From: Negaprion brevirostris
Taxonomy: Eukaryota
Assembly: GCA_030324005.1 (NCBI GenBank)
Contig: JARDVH010000059.1
Coordinates: forward strand, 53,318,786 to 53,382,785
DNA length: 64,000 nucleotides
Direction: 5' to 3'
The translations under genes and the position numbers were made by a program. The notes beneath the pieces are model-generated. The model was not told the origin of the DNA, searched no databases, and worked only from the letters and a program-made list of their open reading frames with translations. Below are positions 10,511 to 24,120 of this stretch, in pieces (the first letter of the stretch is position 1; the number at the start of each line of letters is the position of its first letter).

Positions 10511-12231
10511 CGCTAGGTATGACTTCAGACAGTGCAGAACGCCACCTCTAGTGGTTGTCTTTGCTGAAGCATCATCACCTGGCAAAAGGTGCCTCAATGC
10601 CAAGGCACACTTGAAAATAGGTAAGTTTTTGGCAGAAGCTGGGGCCAGTTAGCAGACCCTCATCAGGGGGTGGGGAGTTTGCTGCAACAGGGATGCTTGG
10701 GCACAAGGGCAACATTTTCTCCTGGGGCCTATTGGTTGTGGAGCTCCCATTATGAAGCTTCCTGGGGGACCCCATTGCAGGGCCAACAGGGTTTACCTGC
10801 CAGTCTCCCCATGTGGCAATAGCTCTCCTAACACAAGTAAAATATTAGGAGAATAGTGAGAAGCAGGATTGCCAAGATTCCTGCTGGTGGCAATATGCCA
10901 TGTTAGCAGAAGGTCATCCAGCTCACCCCCCTACCCCAACCATAATGCCAACTATCCCACCTTTCGCTGTTTTACTCAGTAGTTGTTTCCACCCTTCCCC
11001 ACCCCTTCATTCCACGCTTCAAAATGATTTGTTGGAGAAGGGGCTCGATATTCTGTGGCTTGCCAGCTGAACAGTTGCATGTATTAAATAAAAGCCTCCA
11101 TTTCCTCAAAATCCCTTATGGAAGTCAAAGTCATTTCAACTCAAGAATGTAGATAGTTTACTCAATGTGAGGAATGAGAGGAAAACATTCTGCCCCACCC
11201 ACCCCTTAAATGGTGATTGAGCTGACATGGGAAATTTATACTGAGAAAGGAACAAATATGAATATTTGACATTAGAATTTGTACTTCGATTTCTTGCACT
11301 GGTAAAGTCCAAAATGCGCATGTTTATTTTTAAAAAATGTCCTGTATGACTACTCCAAGGTTATTTCAGCAGCTTATTTATAAGAAACGCAAATCATTGG
11401 GCCACGTAAGTTGTGCATTCTCCTATTAGTTCTTATTTTGTCTTATCTTTGAATGACAGCATCTCTGGGTAGCCAGTAAAAAATCTGAAACCATGAAAAT
11501 GGTTTCAATGCTGCCTTTAAGCTGTGACCGGTGTAGGAGGGACTGTGGATGACTTTGCAAATTTCTTATCTGTGCACCTGAATCAATGTGGAAATGTAAT
11601 TTGATATTTTTGCTGATGATTTTTGAAAAGATCTGTTTGAACCACTTAATCTTATTTGAGATTTATGTGACTAATTAGGCTTATGAGCAGTAGTGAAGCT
11701 TAACAAGGTGCCTTCTGCACCTTCATACAGGATCAAATTTGATGATTTTTCTGGCGTCATAAATTTCTTTGGAGCTGGGTCTGAACTTCTTTGAGAATAC
11801 AATAGTTGGAAAAAAGGGTTGAAATACTAAATTATCTTGCATTCAGTCTTGTATGAAAAAATCTGTACTTCAATTTAAAATGAGAAATATGAGGGAGTAA
11901 AATCCAGGAAAAGGGCAACATGGAACTATTGAGAAAAATGGAAAGGTGCAAATGCAGCAGATGTGACTCTGTGAAAATATCTTACAATAGATTGCATTGC
12001 ATGGTAATATTTTTGCTTTATAAAAGGCAGAGCACTCTTACAATAGGAATGTAATTTGACTTAGCAAATCACTGGCTTTGATAAAATAACTTCTCCTACA
12101 ACTCTGCCTGAGTAATGCTATGAAAGATGTACTAATAAATCAACCTGGGGGTTATTCTACCCTTTTCAAAAAAAATGCATAACAAAACCTATTTGCTGTA
12201 ATTTGTGAAAAGATTGAGCTCACAATTTGCA

Positions 12232-12435
12232 AAACCCAAATACTGCCGGTGCTGGAAATCTGAAATAAGAACAGAAGATGCTGGGAATACTCAACAGGTC
12301 AGGCAGCAAATGTGGAGGGAGAAACAGAGTTGATATTTCAGGTCTGTGACCTTTCTTCAGAAGTCATCAAAAACTTGTTTTTTCTCTCCACTGAGACTGC
12401 TAGACCTGCATTTTCAGCATTCTTTGTTTTTATTA
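12232..12435. mobile_element. Penelope-type short repeat with inverted arms; hammerhead-like core on the minus strand at about 12330-12362
   Basis: gctggaaatctgaaataagaacagaagatgctgg ... cagcattctttgttttt; related copies at about 34005-34130, 35180-35350 and 45740-45835. Confidence 0.65.
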
Positions 12436-12489
12436 CAATTTGTAATTCTAATGTAGAACAAGATCTTCAGCCCATTGATATGGAGGGAA

Positions 12490-13140
12490 CCCGATAACAG
12501 TTGCCCTCAAGGTGACTGCAACACTAAATTTCTATGCCAGAAATTCATTCCAGGGGTCCACGGAGAGACATAAGTGACATGCTGCAGACTGGAACACAGA
12601 AAGTAACCAATGTCATGTTCAGAAGGGTCAATGATTTCATTCAGTTCACAACCAATGCTGATAGCTAGGTTGCAAGAGCAATGGGCTCTTGTGTTGTTAC
12701 CAAAAGTTGGAAGGGGTCAATAACTGCATTCACATGTCATTTGAGCTCCCTGGGGACAGGAGGCTGCATTTGTGAATGGCAAGCGGTTTCATTCCGTTAT
12801 GGTCTGCAGCCACTGAAAAGGTATTATACAGATCTGTGCTCATTTCCCCAAGGAGCTGTCGTGACTCTCAGCTCCCAGAGTTATTTGAGGCCTCTACCCA
12901 AGTGCAGGTTTGAGTCCTGGGTGACAAGAACTATCCACTCAGGACATGTTCGTGGCCCCAGTGCAATAGCCCTGTCAAGCAATGTAACATATGAGTTGAC
13001 TAGGGCAATCATAAAGCAGACCATTGGTTTGCTGAAAACGTGCTTCCACTGCCTTGACCGCTCCAGCAGATCATTACAGTAAGTGCCACAGAGGGTGTCC
13101 ATGATTGTCATAATCTACTGTGCATTGCATAATGGGACAT
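12490..13140 (+). mobile_element. PIF/Harbinger (HARBI1-like) DDE transposase relic; the element probably extends to about 14640
   Basis: Motifs in order across frames: VALKVTATLNFYA..SFQG, ICAHFPRSCRDS, GDKNYPL, RAIIKQTIGLLKTCFHCLDRS, CALHN. Confidence 0.85.
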
Positions 13141-15194
13141 TGCAAGAAGGTGAGGAATTGGCAAGGGAAGATAGGGAGCAGCTGTTTTCCTCTTTGGATA
13201 AAGATCAAAGAATCTGAGGAAGAGGCCAGAGATTATATGGTACCTCTCCAAAATGCCAAGGCTATGGAGAGACTTTGCTGAATGGACAGAGTCGACTTCA
13301 CTCTTAATTGGTTTGCACAGAAATCGGGTACCGACCTGACCAGCATCACACAGCCTACAAATCATTGCCTGCTCTGAATGTGTATCTATCCTTGAGCCTT
13401 CATCCATCTGTGATTGCCAACCATAAAAACATGCCAGCACAATATGCACTCCCACTTATCACATCACAAAAAATGACAAGAGTGAAACAAATATAATGTG
13501 AACTTCATACTTGTGCAGAAATGTACAGTATCTAACACCTGTGCCACTTTTATGCCCACAAAAGGTCTTAAATTTCCTCATGTCAATTACACCTTTGTGC
13601 GACCCTGATATCTGTGGCTGAGGTTGGAAGCAAGTCGCTGAGAACAGTTACTTTAATGACTGTCCTTTGAGTGGACTGAGGCCAGAAGTGGCCTGGTGTT
13701 CTGTAGGTCTCCTGCGTGTGTTAGGACTTGTCCTCGATCCCACCTATTGGACGCAATAGAACCATGAGCAGAGTGCCCTGAGAGGATATCCTAGGCAGTT
13801 GGCTGGCACTCTTCCTCCCTCTCAGTCTGTGATGGCACCTCCCTGAATTTCTGAGGGAAACGGGCACATGGGCGGACAGATGCCTCATTCCACACTTTAA
13901 TGAGCCAATTCCAGAATATAATGGAGGTCTGAGCACATGTAAATCATAGGATAGACCAGGCTTTCCATGGCACTTACCTGTCTTTCCATGGAAAACACCA
14001 CAAACTCAGACACCGGAGACATGGCAGAACTCTAAGCTTGACTGAACTCTTCCACAATCACTCAAAATTTCGCAGTCTCTGGCATCTCCTCTCAACTTTT
14101 CCTTACCTTTTTCTGCCCCACCCCCCCATAGATTTATTGTGCTATTCCTGCTAGTTTTGAATGGCCTGGAGGAGAACTTGTAAGCATGGCTGGACCATGG
14201 AGCCACGCGCAGTCTTAAACCCAGCATTATGCTGCTGGAGAGAGTGACCGAGGTACCTGAAGATGATTCTTCTGGAGGAGAAGGAGAGTGAGGGGGCTTA
14301 ATGGTAAAAAGCTGCCAAGTGGGACGCAGGCTGGGGATCTAAAAATAATTCTTCAATGGCCTTGGGACAAATCACTTGCTGCCAGGTTCCTCCTGCTTCT
14401 CCCTGCCTGTAAAGACTGGATGCTTGTACAGATGGGTTTTTGATAGCATGCCATAACCTACGATTGAGGCAGCTGACAGAGGGTGGGTGCAGAATTTTAC
14501 AGGGCATGCCTATCATTTGTAGCATAACTGAATGCATGACAGTTCCTGACACATGAGCAGTCGTGGCACCCAATTCCAGTCCTAACATCAACAGGTTTGC
14601 TCTTTTTATCAAATTCTGCTCCATTTTTTAGAACAGTCACCTTAACGTAAAAATATTAAATAACGTGGTGCAATCATTGAAGTATTGGCTGCACTGCCTT
14701 TATTTTCCAGTTTGAGTTCATTGAGAGGAATCATGTTGGTTTTAGCAGAATGTTTTCCTCTTAAAAAAGACTTGAGGTTCATGTTCTAGTTCCTGAATGC
14801 TAAAGAAACACCTGAAAGGGGATACTGCACTTCCTGACTGCTGCTAAAATTGTACACAGTTCTGATGTATCAAATTCAGTGCGTGCTAAAATAACAACTC
14901 AACTCTCCCATTCAGCTTAAAGATCAATGGCCAGCAGCTCATCTGTTGTGAAATTAGTTCTCCTCCTCGTTTACACGCTCTTGTCAGGCTGCTCTTGCTT
15001 TACAAAGCACAATTTTAGATGTATAACCCGACCAAAAGTCACTTTCAGATTCTGCGGAATCAGGATCACTGGTATTAATTTTCTGTACATCTGGCGCTGA
15101 AGGAAGCCAGGCTATCTAGCAAGTCGACTTGTGAAATGGAAGCAGCTACCCCAGAAAGAATTGGTTTATTATTTTTAAATCACAGATTGAAACC

Positions 15195-16620
15195 TGGGAG
15201 GGGGCGCGGTTTGTCAATGGCGAAAATGGCAGCACCGACGGAAAAATCCCATGAGATTGCAGGAACGTGAATCTTATCAACAAGATCTCATTTTCAGACT
15301 TTGTTTAAAGGGGCTTCTGCTGTCATATGATTCCACGCCCTCCCTTCCCCTGTCCCCCCAGGTAGGGAGCTCCCCCCCTCACAGATGTGAAGCATGATGG
15401 CGAGGTATGCAACAGCTTCTGCAAAACTTGAAGCTGTTGAGGGGAACCCACCCCCAGGGGTGCAAAAGTAAATATGACCTCATTCGGGAGAGAGGGATAC
15501 ACCTGGGCAATGCTTTGGCACTGCACCCAGCACCCCATGTGTCTGAACCCTGGCAACCCAACACCATCCCAGGTGCTACCTCAATTGGATGCCGATTTTT
15601 ATCACATCATCGCCTCAGTGGCCATGGACACTGTCCCGTCATAGTCATCAATGCATCCCAAACAGCTGTACCATCCCTTCTCATGGTCTGGCCTGATTCC
15701 TTCTGCATTCGTAGTGCAGTTGAATGCTTGCTGGTTTCCAGTGCAGAGCTGACCCTGCTGGATATGGACCCCTGATACCACAGGCCATTGGCAGCATTAA
15801 AAGGCAGACTGGACTCAGTGCTTTCACACTCACATAGAGCAGAGGGGTGGCTGTGGGAAGGTCCTTCATGAGGAACCCTTGCAGTATAAACCTGCGTGCA
15901 TCTGTGCGTTTGGTGCAAAGTGGCTTCCAGACATGCCATCCAGGTCAGACAGATGTTAGAGAGGTATACTCCTTAACTTACATGTGACAGCTGGCCATCG
16001 AAGGAAGCATTACAGAGTTCATGCAGTTTGCAGAGCTGTGTTAACACCTGCCGAGCTCCCTTGATTGGGACACCAGCTGCCAGATGCTTGTGACTATTAG
16101 TTAGGTGTGGGATGGCCTGTCCGTGCTAAACTACTGAGCCTTCCCTTCCGAGAGGTGGAGGGTGTGACATTAGTGGGATTTAACTGCAACCTCTGGTACC
16201 CCTTGGGGTTCAGATAGGGAGAATACTCACCACCAATCCCTAACCCAGGGATGACCCCCAATCTGAGGTTCCTGGACCCATGGGAGCTCTGCCCTACCCC
16301 AGATCATGGCATTTGCTGTCCCACTTTCTTTCACTCTGGAGGTTGGTGCACAGTGGTGCTCACCTTGCTCTCCCTCGCAAGTGGTGCGCTTGAACCACAT
16401 TTTATAGGAACAGTATTGATTTGTGCCAGTGTGACATCATGCCAGATGGGTGGGTGTATTCTGGAATGGGAGGGTGGGTTGTGTGCCAATTTCACTGATG
16501 AGATTGAAATGCAGTCAGTCTCATGCTAATCACCCTTGTGCCTTTTCTGGTTGAGAATGGGCATGAAACGTCTCATGCCATTAGGAAGGGGCCATGCAAG
16601 TTGCAAACTGTTTCCAAGGT
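15195..16620. mobile_element. Harbinger-derived GC-rich element, degenerate
   Basis: GC-rich block with Myb/SANT-like remnant CKSKYDL (cf. CRKKxNDL) and a minus-strand QVYTAR remnant (cf. RVYR). Confidence 0.5.
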
Positions 16621-16624
16621 GAGA

Positions 16625-17845
16625 TCATGGATCCAAGTTATACTTTCTGGAATGCGGACATTTGTAGCAATAGCGACATCACTAATTTCAAATTAAATAC
16701 AGGGACAAGAGTCATTGTGCTGTCTGATTAAAAGACCATTGACAACCCAGTACATGGTCCAGGAGGAATCAAGCTCCAAGTCAGAGCTACATTGTAAGCA
16801 ATGCTCTAACATAAGGACAAACAAATACAGGAAATATTATACATGCTTCACAACCAAGAATTCTTTATCCTGAATGGAAAAGCCTGTGTTAACCTGAACC
16901 TTGTCCTAAAGATCAAGGAGATCAACCAGCAGGGATCTGGGTTTGACTTCAAACAGGGTTTTCTGAAGATATCTGCTGAGCTGGGGTGATTGAAAATTAA
17001 ATGTAGCATAACTCAAAAGATGCCAAACACGTGTCTTTTCATACTTTTCAGAAACTGCATCCAATTGTGAAACAAATCCAACTTCAACTTGAGGAAATGA
17101 CCAGGATGTGAGTCCTCTCCCCTGTATGTCAACTGACAGAATGGTGCTCAGGAATGATTTTGGTTCCTAAATCAAATGGGTCCCTTCACACCTCAATTTC
17201 AACAAGGCTGCAGTAGGGAAATCCACATTACATCCTTTGTGGATGATAGCTTGACCAAGCTCTACAAAGATGTAGTGTGCTCTCGAACCCTATTCGAACA
17301 GCAGCTTTTGGTAGCTAGCTACCATTAGATGAAAAATCTAAATTATTGACAACCTTTATTACCCCATTCAGCAGATTCTCATTTGCCATAACTTTGGCAC
17401 TTGACATTTTTCAGCAAACAATGTCTACCATGTTGCAAAGCCTGAAAGGCATAACTCCCACAAGAATAACATCCTTATCCACAGAGCAAATGTTGAAAAA
17501 TATGACATGACTAAAGCCACCTTGAACCACTTGCAGGAAACAGGATTGACACTTAACAATAAGTGTGCATTCTTTAAAATTCCCATTCAAATTTTAGGCC
17601 ACATTGTGAGCAGCAAAACCATAACTGACCCACAGAAAACAAGGGCCATCAGGGAATTTCATATCCGTCATCCATTCCAGATCTTAAATGATTCCTGAGT
17701 ATGATAAATCAGCTGGCAAAATTCCTGCTGAACCTAGCACAAGTCACGGAAGCCCTGAGACACACATTGAAGAGGCCCAGGCGTGATATTGGGACGCTCA
17801 TTTAGAAGTATTCAGACAGATCAAAGACGTGCTGCTCTCACCTTT
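16625..17845 (+). mobile_element. Ty3/Gypsy pol relic (aspartic protease + RT), heavily disrupted
   Basis: FKLNTG (cf. FKLDTG), EWCSGMILVPKSNG, LPLDEKSKLLTTFITPF, GLTLNNKC..ILGHIVS, MINQLAKFL. Confidence 0.88.
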
Positions 17846-18479
17846 AATGAACACTGTGATAGCGCAAAATAGTTAATCTGCAAGGCTAAGAACATTCTAG
17901 TAGAATGTGTTTTTTTTAAAAACAGACACTGCTCCTTAAAGGGTTAACGCAATGACTCTTGTGGCTGGTGACCCTGGAAAAGACAGCATTTCACTAGAAA
18001 AGCTAACAAAGCAGTTTTAAAGAAGCTGAAAACACTTTGACCAGGGAGGACTGGTAACTGGCAGTTCTCATGGTCGGTTATGGCTTTGGAAAAAAGTCCA
18101 TGACAGGAAACCTGTGTTTTAAAATCTGGTTGACTGGTATTGCTTTTGGGGAGAAAACAAGGAGGATCAACTCCTTGGGGTAAAGTGAACAACAGCTCCT
18201 GAAGCTCCAGATCCAGTTAAAAGGAAAAAATGAATGCAAGTTGCCCCAAAGTTGCTGTACGATCTGAAATAGACTACCTGCAAGTTTTCTGCAAAGTCTG
18301 CTTGCAAAGTACTGGAAGAGAAATCTGTCATCCTTACCTGCTCCAACCTACATGTGACCCCAGAACAACAGCAATGTGGCACTCATTTGAAAAAGTCTAA
18401 TGAGAATAAAACCAGATTGACCACCTGGTCAGCTTAAGCACTGGGCATGACAAAGGCACATTCTGCCTACTAGGCCCTC

Positions 18480-19200
18480 CTCCCTAAAATTTTGAGGACT
18501 TGTGCCAAAATTGAGATAGCTGTCCCACAGATAATCAAGCCACACCAGTTACTGCACTTTTCATGGAAACTTTTCCATCACCATTTCTGGATGTGTCCTG
18601 TCTCACAGGCAGAACATATTAACCAGAGATGGTAGCACCATAGTATACAGTCTGAGGGAAGTTGCACTCAGAGTCCTCAACGCATTTAGTGTCTATGAAG
18701 CCTCTTGGAATCGGGTCAAACCTGGGCAAAGAAACCTCCTATCGATTACTGGGTATTGTTCCCCCTCAGCTGATGAACCAATTCTTGCCCTTGTGGAATA
18801 CAATTTGAAGGAAGTGCAGAGGCTATCAATGGCACAGAATTTTGCTCAGGTGAAGGATTTCAATGTCCATCAACAGGAGTGGCTTTGTAACATTGGCATA
18901 GCTGGCCATCTCTTGGGGAATGCACCTGAGCCAGCAGCAGGTGTTGAGAAAACCAAATGAGGGATAAACCTACCTGACCTTTTGTTCACCACTTCCTGTC
19001 TTGGATGCATTGATCAGAATGACCACCATGGGAAATGAAGTCCCATTTCACACTGAGGATATCCTCCATCATGTTGTGCAGCGTCAGCATTATATTAAAT
19101 GGAATAGATTCAGAACAGATCTAGCAGCTCATAACTGGCCATCCATGAGGTCCTGAGGCCATTCATAGCAGTAAAATTGTACTCCATCACAATCAATAAT
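18480..19200 (+). mobile_element. LINE (CR1/L2 group) APE endonuclease relic
   Basis: GLVPKL, VKPGQRNLL, PPSADE, DFNVHQQEWL and NLPDL motifs. Confidence 0.75.
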
Positions 19201-19295
19201 GTTATGTCAATGAGCAATGATAGGATGATTTCCTTCTCTTTCCACCTCTAGTTTTTTTAAACAATATGCAGTGAATGTTTAACTATTTAAGTGAC

Positions 19296-20176
19296 TGTAG
19301 GAGTCACACAGACAGGATTTCTTGTAAGTTTTTAAAACAGAGCTTTATTTGACACTTAATCTAAACAAAATACTAACAACTTCTGACTCTCATGCATACA
19401 TACATTCAAGAGTTCACACCCACATACAAAAGTAAGTTACAAAGGGGAGGTTAGGTTAAGTAGTTGTGAGTACAGATTTGGGAGATTGATGCCTTGGAAA
19501 GTTTCAGACAGGGCTCAATGGAGTTTCTGATTTCTGCACTAGGACAATTTAAAAATGTTGACTGACAATCAGTATTTGTTTTCCTGGAGTCAACAGCTAC
19601 TGTGTTGATTCCTCTTTGATATTACCTGTATTATAGAACTGGTCAATCAACAGGCAGAGTTCAGGCTTGCACGATAGAGGGCAAGAGTACCCACTCAGAA
19701 TCCTTTTTCATCTGTGTCTCTTATGTTCTGGCCCAAAGAAAAACAGTTGCAAAAAATGCAAAAGAGGATTGGTTGGTTCATCACATGAAACCTCTCACCA
19801 ACTGACCAGTTACATGGTCATAGCAAGTTTATTCCAGATCTATAGTTTAGACATGATTAGATTGTGGCCATAGGAATTCTCTTCTCAGCCAGAGTCTAGT
19901 GTCCAAAGTGGTTGCACCTAATGACTTGTTCCACACCCAGTTGATTGCACAGGTGTTTCTGGATGCTTTGTTAGTGGTTCAGAGATAGTCCATTCACACT
20001 CCACTAAGGTGATTGTCTCTGATAGATTCTTCTCAACAGCTTACCCCACTTCAATGGTTGCTATTTAAGTAAGTTTTTCAAAAATTGCTGCTGTTCAGTC
20101 ATTCAAAACTCAGTTAGTGGTTTTAGCACAATAACTTATTGATGTTATTTTCAATACGAAGCGTGGCATCATAACA
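19296..20176 (-). mobile_element. Probable solo LTR
   Basis: TG...CA ends (tgtagg / ataaca), minus-strand AATAAA near 19345; flanks gtgac and gtaat form only an imperfect TSD. Confidence 0.5.
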
Positions 20177-20914
20177 GTAATCTAATGGCCAGGCATAGCC
20201 TTCACCCTTCCATTTCCATCAGCTAGGTGGCCTGCTCTTGTTTAGTGGTGTGTTAGTTTCCCTATTTGAATAGTTTATTAATGCTAACGTTCCTCTAAAA
20301 AAAAGAGTAATATTTCACTAATTGGGCATTAATGTGAACAGCAAAAATCTAATCTATTGCCAGTTTCACAATTTTAAAGTGGCTATGTAATCACTTGGTA
20401 AGTATGTATGATCTGTAGGGATGTTAGATAGTTGTGAAACCGTTGTGAAATTTCAGGGCTACTATATCTCAGCTGCAGGTGAGAAAAGCTTATGTGAATT
20501 TTTTTAATCCAGATTTGTTGATGCTGTCTTCAGCAGGGAGAAGTTCTTCACCTCAGTGTTAATATCTAAGTGGCAAGCTGCCAATATACAAGGCTGCCAA
20601 AAAAGTAAATGCTGTCTCCCCAACATCATCATCATGAAAAACGTCAGGAATATATCCAATAACTTGTGCAAAAGGACAGAGAAGTTAATATTGCTACACG
20701 ATTGCAAGTTCAAAGCGCAGGTGTGACTCAGAACCAATCAATGGCAAGCTGCCTGTGTTTTGGTGGTGAAAATCAGGAATTTGCTGTAGTGGAAAACATA
20801 GATGGATAATTGTGTTATGAAATGGTAGGATGGAGTATAGCAATGTATAATAGTGAACCAGGTTTATATGTTTTTAATGAGTGCTCAAATAATAGTTATA
20901 TATCAGAGCACTTA

Positions 20915-21790
20915 CTGAGGCTGAGACTGAGACTTAGCTCTTTCAGTCCTGTGCAGGACATTGGGCAACACAACTACGCCATCTGGCCTGATTTATTGCA
21001 ATTTTTTTTGACCCAGTTCATGTCCTCCTCTTTGAGATCCTCCATAAATGTACTTTGTCAGGACTTTTTAGACTGGCTCCATCTTTTCTTCTGCCTCGTG
21101 GTGTCCATTCTGCTGCCACACTGGAAGGACGTACATGAAGGAGTCAAAGGATGTGTTCTGCTTGCATCAGTCTCTCAGTTACAAAGTCTTGTAGACATCT
21201 TCATCTATAGCATTTCCTCATTGGAGATGTTGTCTCTCCATGTGATGCCTAGGATCTTATGTAAACATCATTGAAGGAGTCTGGCATAACTCTTAGTTAT
21301 TGATTTTATTAACACCACTGGTTTCTAGACCTGGATTTTGCAGACAACATTGTTTGCTGGCCAAAGAATCGCATGTGTTCCAAGACATGACCACCATTAA
21401 CCTTGAACTGAGTGGCACCAAGGTTGGTCTGCACATCACCTGCAAGAAGACCTAGACAATGACCACCAAACAGCAGCAAAGCTTTCTTAATGTTGAGGAA
21501 GAAAACATTGAGGGTGTGACCACTTGCCCAAACTAGGGAGCAAAATTTCCAGGAGGGATGAAATAGAGATCAAAGCCCACTCAAGAATTGCAAAGCAGCA
21601 TTTGTGTTCCAGTCTAGGCATCCAATACCATCAACATGACCAAGAAACTGTGACTCTACACATTCATAGTAGTACCAACCATAACTTATATCAGTGAAAT
21701 ATGGAAGAAAACAGGAAAGGTGCTGTGTAAGTTGGAAATCTTTCACGAGTGCTGGCTGTGTAAGATCCTGGGCATCAGAGCACAACAGAA
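20915..21790. mobile_element. RTE-clade LINE relic in two oppositely oriented segments
   Basis: Minus 20915-21285: KILGITWRDNISNEE...WTPRGRRK with a short-repeat tail; plus 21320-21785: DLDFADNI ... KILGI. Confidence 0.7.
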
Positions 21791-21839
21791 AAATATGGCT
21801 GAAATCCTATCTCAGTGCCATTCTTCAATGCACTTCCCA

Positions 21840-22080
21840 AAACCCATTAGAGCCTAAAAATCTATTTCCTTCTTGAATATATTCAGTGATTTGACCTCCA
21901 CAATCTTCTGTGATAGAAAATTCCACAGGTCCGCCATCCTCTGAGTGAAGAGATTTTTCCTCATCTCAGTCCTAAATGGCCTACCTCGTATCCTGAAACT
22001 ATGACCCTTTGTTCCAGACCTTCAGCCAGAGGAAACAATATCCTTGCATTCAGCCTGTTCAATCCTGTCAGAATTTCATA
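21840..22080 (-). mobile_element. CR1 LINE 3' relic
   Basis: aattccacagg...ctctgagtgaagagatttttcctcatctcagtcctaaatggc matches the other CR1 3' copies (for example 51360-51440). Confidence 0.75.
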
Positions 22081-23524
22081 CTTTTCTTATTTTGTTTCTA
22101 TTACATACTCCCCATTGATCTATTTTTCCCTTTGTCTCTCATACATTTTTTATAAAAAGGAGGATCGTATTTGTCAGTCCCCCGGCATGTGTTTAGTGAT
22201 ACAACTATTAATGATAAAGAAACAGCAGTATGGTAGGGACCAAGGGGGAAGGTGGATAAGCATCTCAAACATGAAGGGCAGTTGACCCAACGCCGATAGA
22301 TTGGCTGATGACAAATTTCAATGTGAAGGGCAGAAAACCTGAATGGGATGAGATTTGGGAAGTGAAGGGCCAGTTGAGGATGGCAGGGGTCGGAGAAGTT
22401 CGAAAAAACGAGGAGATTGAGTATCAAAAGCAGGAACTTAGTCCAAAGACAGAGGCTAAAGGAAGGGCATGCAGTCTGATCCACAAGGTCCTAAGGTGCT
22501 GATGGCTGTGCTAAATTAAAATAGAAGTAAATAATCTTTAAATAGTAACTTTACCAAAATAATAAACAAATTTAGAGTTTCAAATAAACTTGGGTGCAAT
22601 GCATAGAAACATCTGAGAGACGATTGACATACCTCAGAGAGAGAGAGAGGGACACACAACTTATCTTGTGCTAAATTCCTTCCTAGTCTGATAATATTTC
22701 TGGGTTGTAGAAAATTGAGATGTAGTATTCTAGGAATGCTAGTTATAATGTATGTTTTCATTTTATTGTGTGCATTTCAAATACCTAAAACTTCATGGAG
22801 TGAAATGGAATGTTTAAATGTTGAGTTAAATATAGTTTATTGAAACTACATAATCTTGTGTTCAAAATGTGTGATGCATCATTCAACGGTTAGCCAAGTT
22901 AACAAACGGTATTTATTTTTGTTGAAGTTTCAGGATGAAAAATTTGATGAGGTTCATTAATGAGTGTGGAGACTGTAGATAAATGATTACTTCACGGCTG
23001 GTTAAAATGATGCTGACAGTGCACAAACCTTGTGCTGCCTGCTTGTTTCTTTGATTGTGGTGCACTGCCTGGCATTCAGCTCACTACTAAGCAGTTGTAA
23101 GCTCAATAGGGGACCCAGGAATATATGATTCTAGCTCCAATTAAAGTTAGCCTGCACTTTTTAAAACCGGCCCCAAGGATCCATCCTTGCCTCTAATGTA
23201 ATCATGAAAGACTTTCCTGCCTCCAGGAGACTGACCTGTGACCTCTCCTATAATTAATTGGGCCCAGCTGCCATGTTTCCTGCTGCATTAAATCCAGCAG
23301 ATTGTGTGTGTTCGGTGAGGAAGTTATTGGACAGGAATCTCAACTATCTTCAACTTTATCAACTTCAATAACCACAACTGTATGGTCAACTTTGTCAAAC
23401 GTTTTTAACCAATCTGTTGCAACAATGGTTGAGATTGTTTCAAGCTTTTGGTGGGCTTCCAAAGGAAGTTTACAACATCCGCTAGGTAGTGGGCTGTCTT
23501 TCATCCTGCTATCAAACTAGTGAA

Positions 23525-24120
23525 GATGTTAAAGATGGCAGGGGAGGTTGAGAATGTGGTTAACTAAGTTTATGGCACCCTGGGCTTTATAAATAGAGGC
23601 ATGGAGTGCAAAAGTAAGGACGTTATGATGAACCTTGATAAAACACTGCTTCAGCCTCAACTGGAGTATTGTATCCAATTCTGGGTAGTGCACTTTCAGA
23701 ACGTTTGGAAGGCTTTCAAGATGGTGTAAAAAAAATTTATGGGAATGGTTCCAGGAATGAAGGACTTCAGTTACATGGAGAGATTGGTAAAGCGGGAACT
23801 GTTCTCCTTTTGAGGTGAAAAGATTGAGAGAGATTTGATGCAGGTGTTCATAATCATGAGGGTTGTTGACTAAGTAGACAAGATAGACACTGTTTCCTTT
23901 GACAGAAGGGTGGAGAACTGGAGAACACTGATTTAAGGTAAATGGCAAACAGTGACAAGAGGAAAATCTTTTTATGTATCATTTGGTTAGAATTTGGAAT
24001 GCACTTAGTGCCTGTGAGCATGATGAAGGCAGATTGAATCATAGCTTTCAGAAGGAAATTGGATAATAATCTAAGAAAAACAACTTGCTGGGATTATGAG
24101 CTGTTGGCCAGTTAGGCACT
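23525..24120 (+). mobile_element. CR1 LINE ORF2 3' relic
   Basis: LGFINRGMECKSKDVMMNLDKTLLQPQLEYCIQFW and DLMQVFIIMR. Confidence 0.85.

Noticed and set aside
10540-10555. CTCF-like gccacctctagtgg (also about 60321-60332)
   Set aside because: Imperfect spacing against the consensus, and the first lies in repeat-derived DNA.
12681-13082. HARBI1 host gene
   Set aside because: Multiple frameshifts and stops, and damaged catalytic motifs; this is a transposon relic.
20810-21274. 154-aa ORF
   Set aside because: Antisense to an RTE LINE 3' relic, with no protein-like features.
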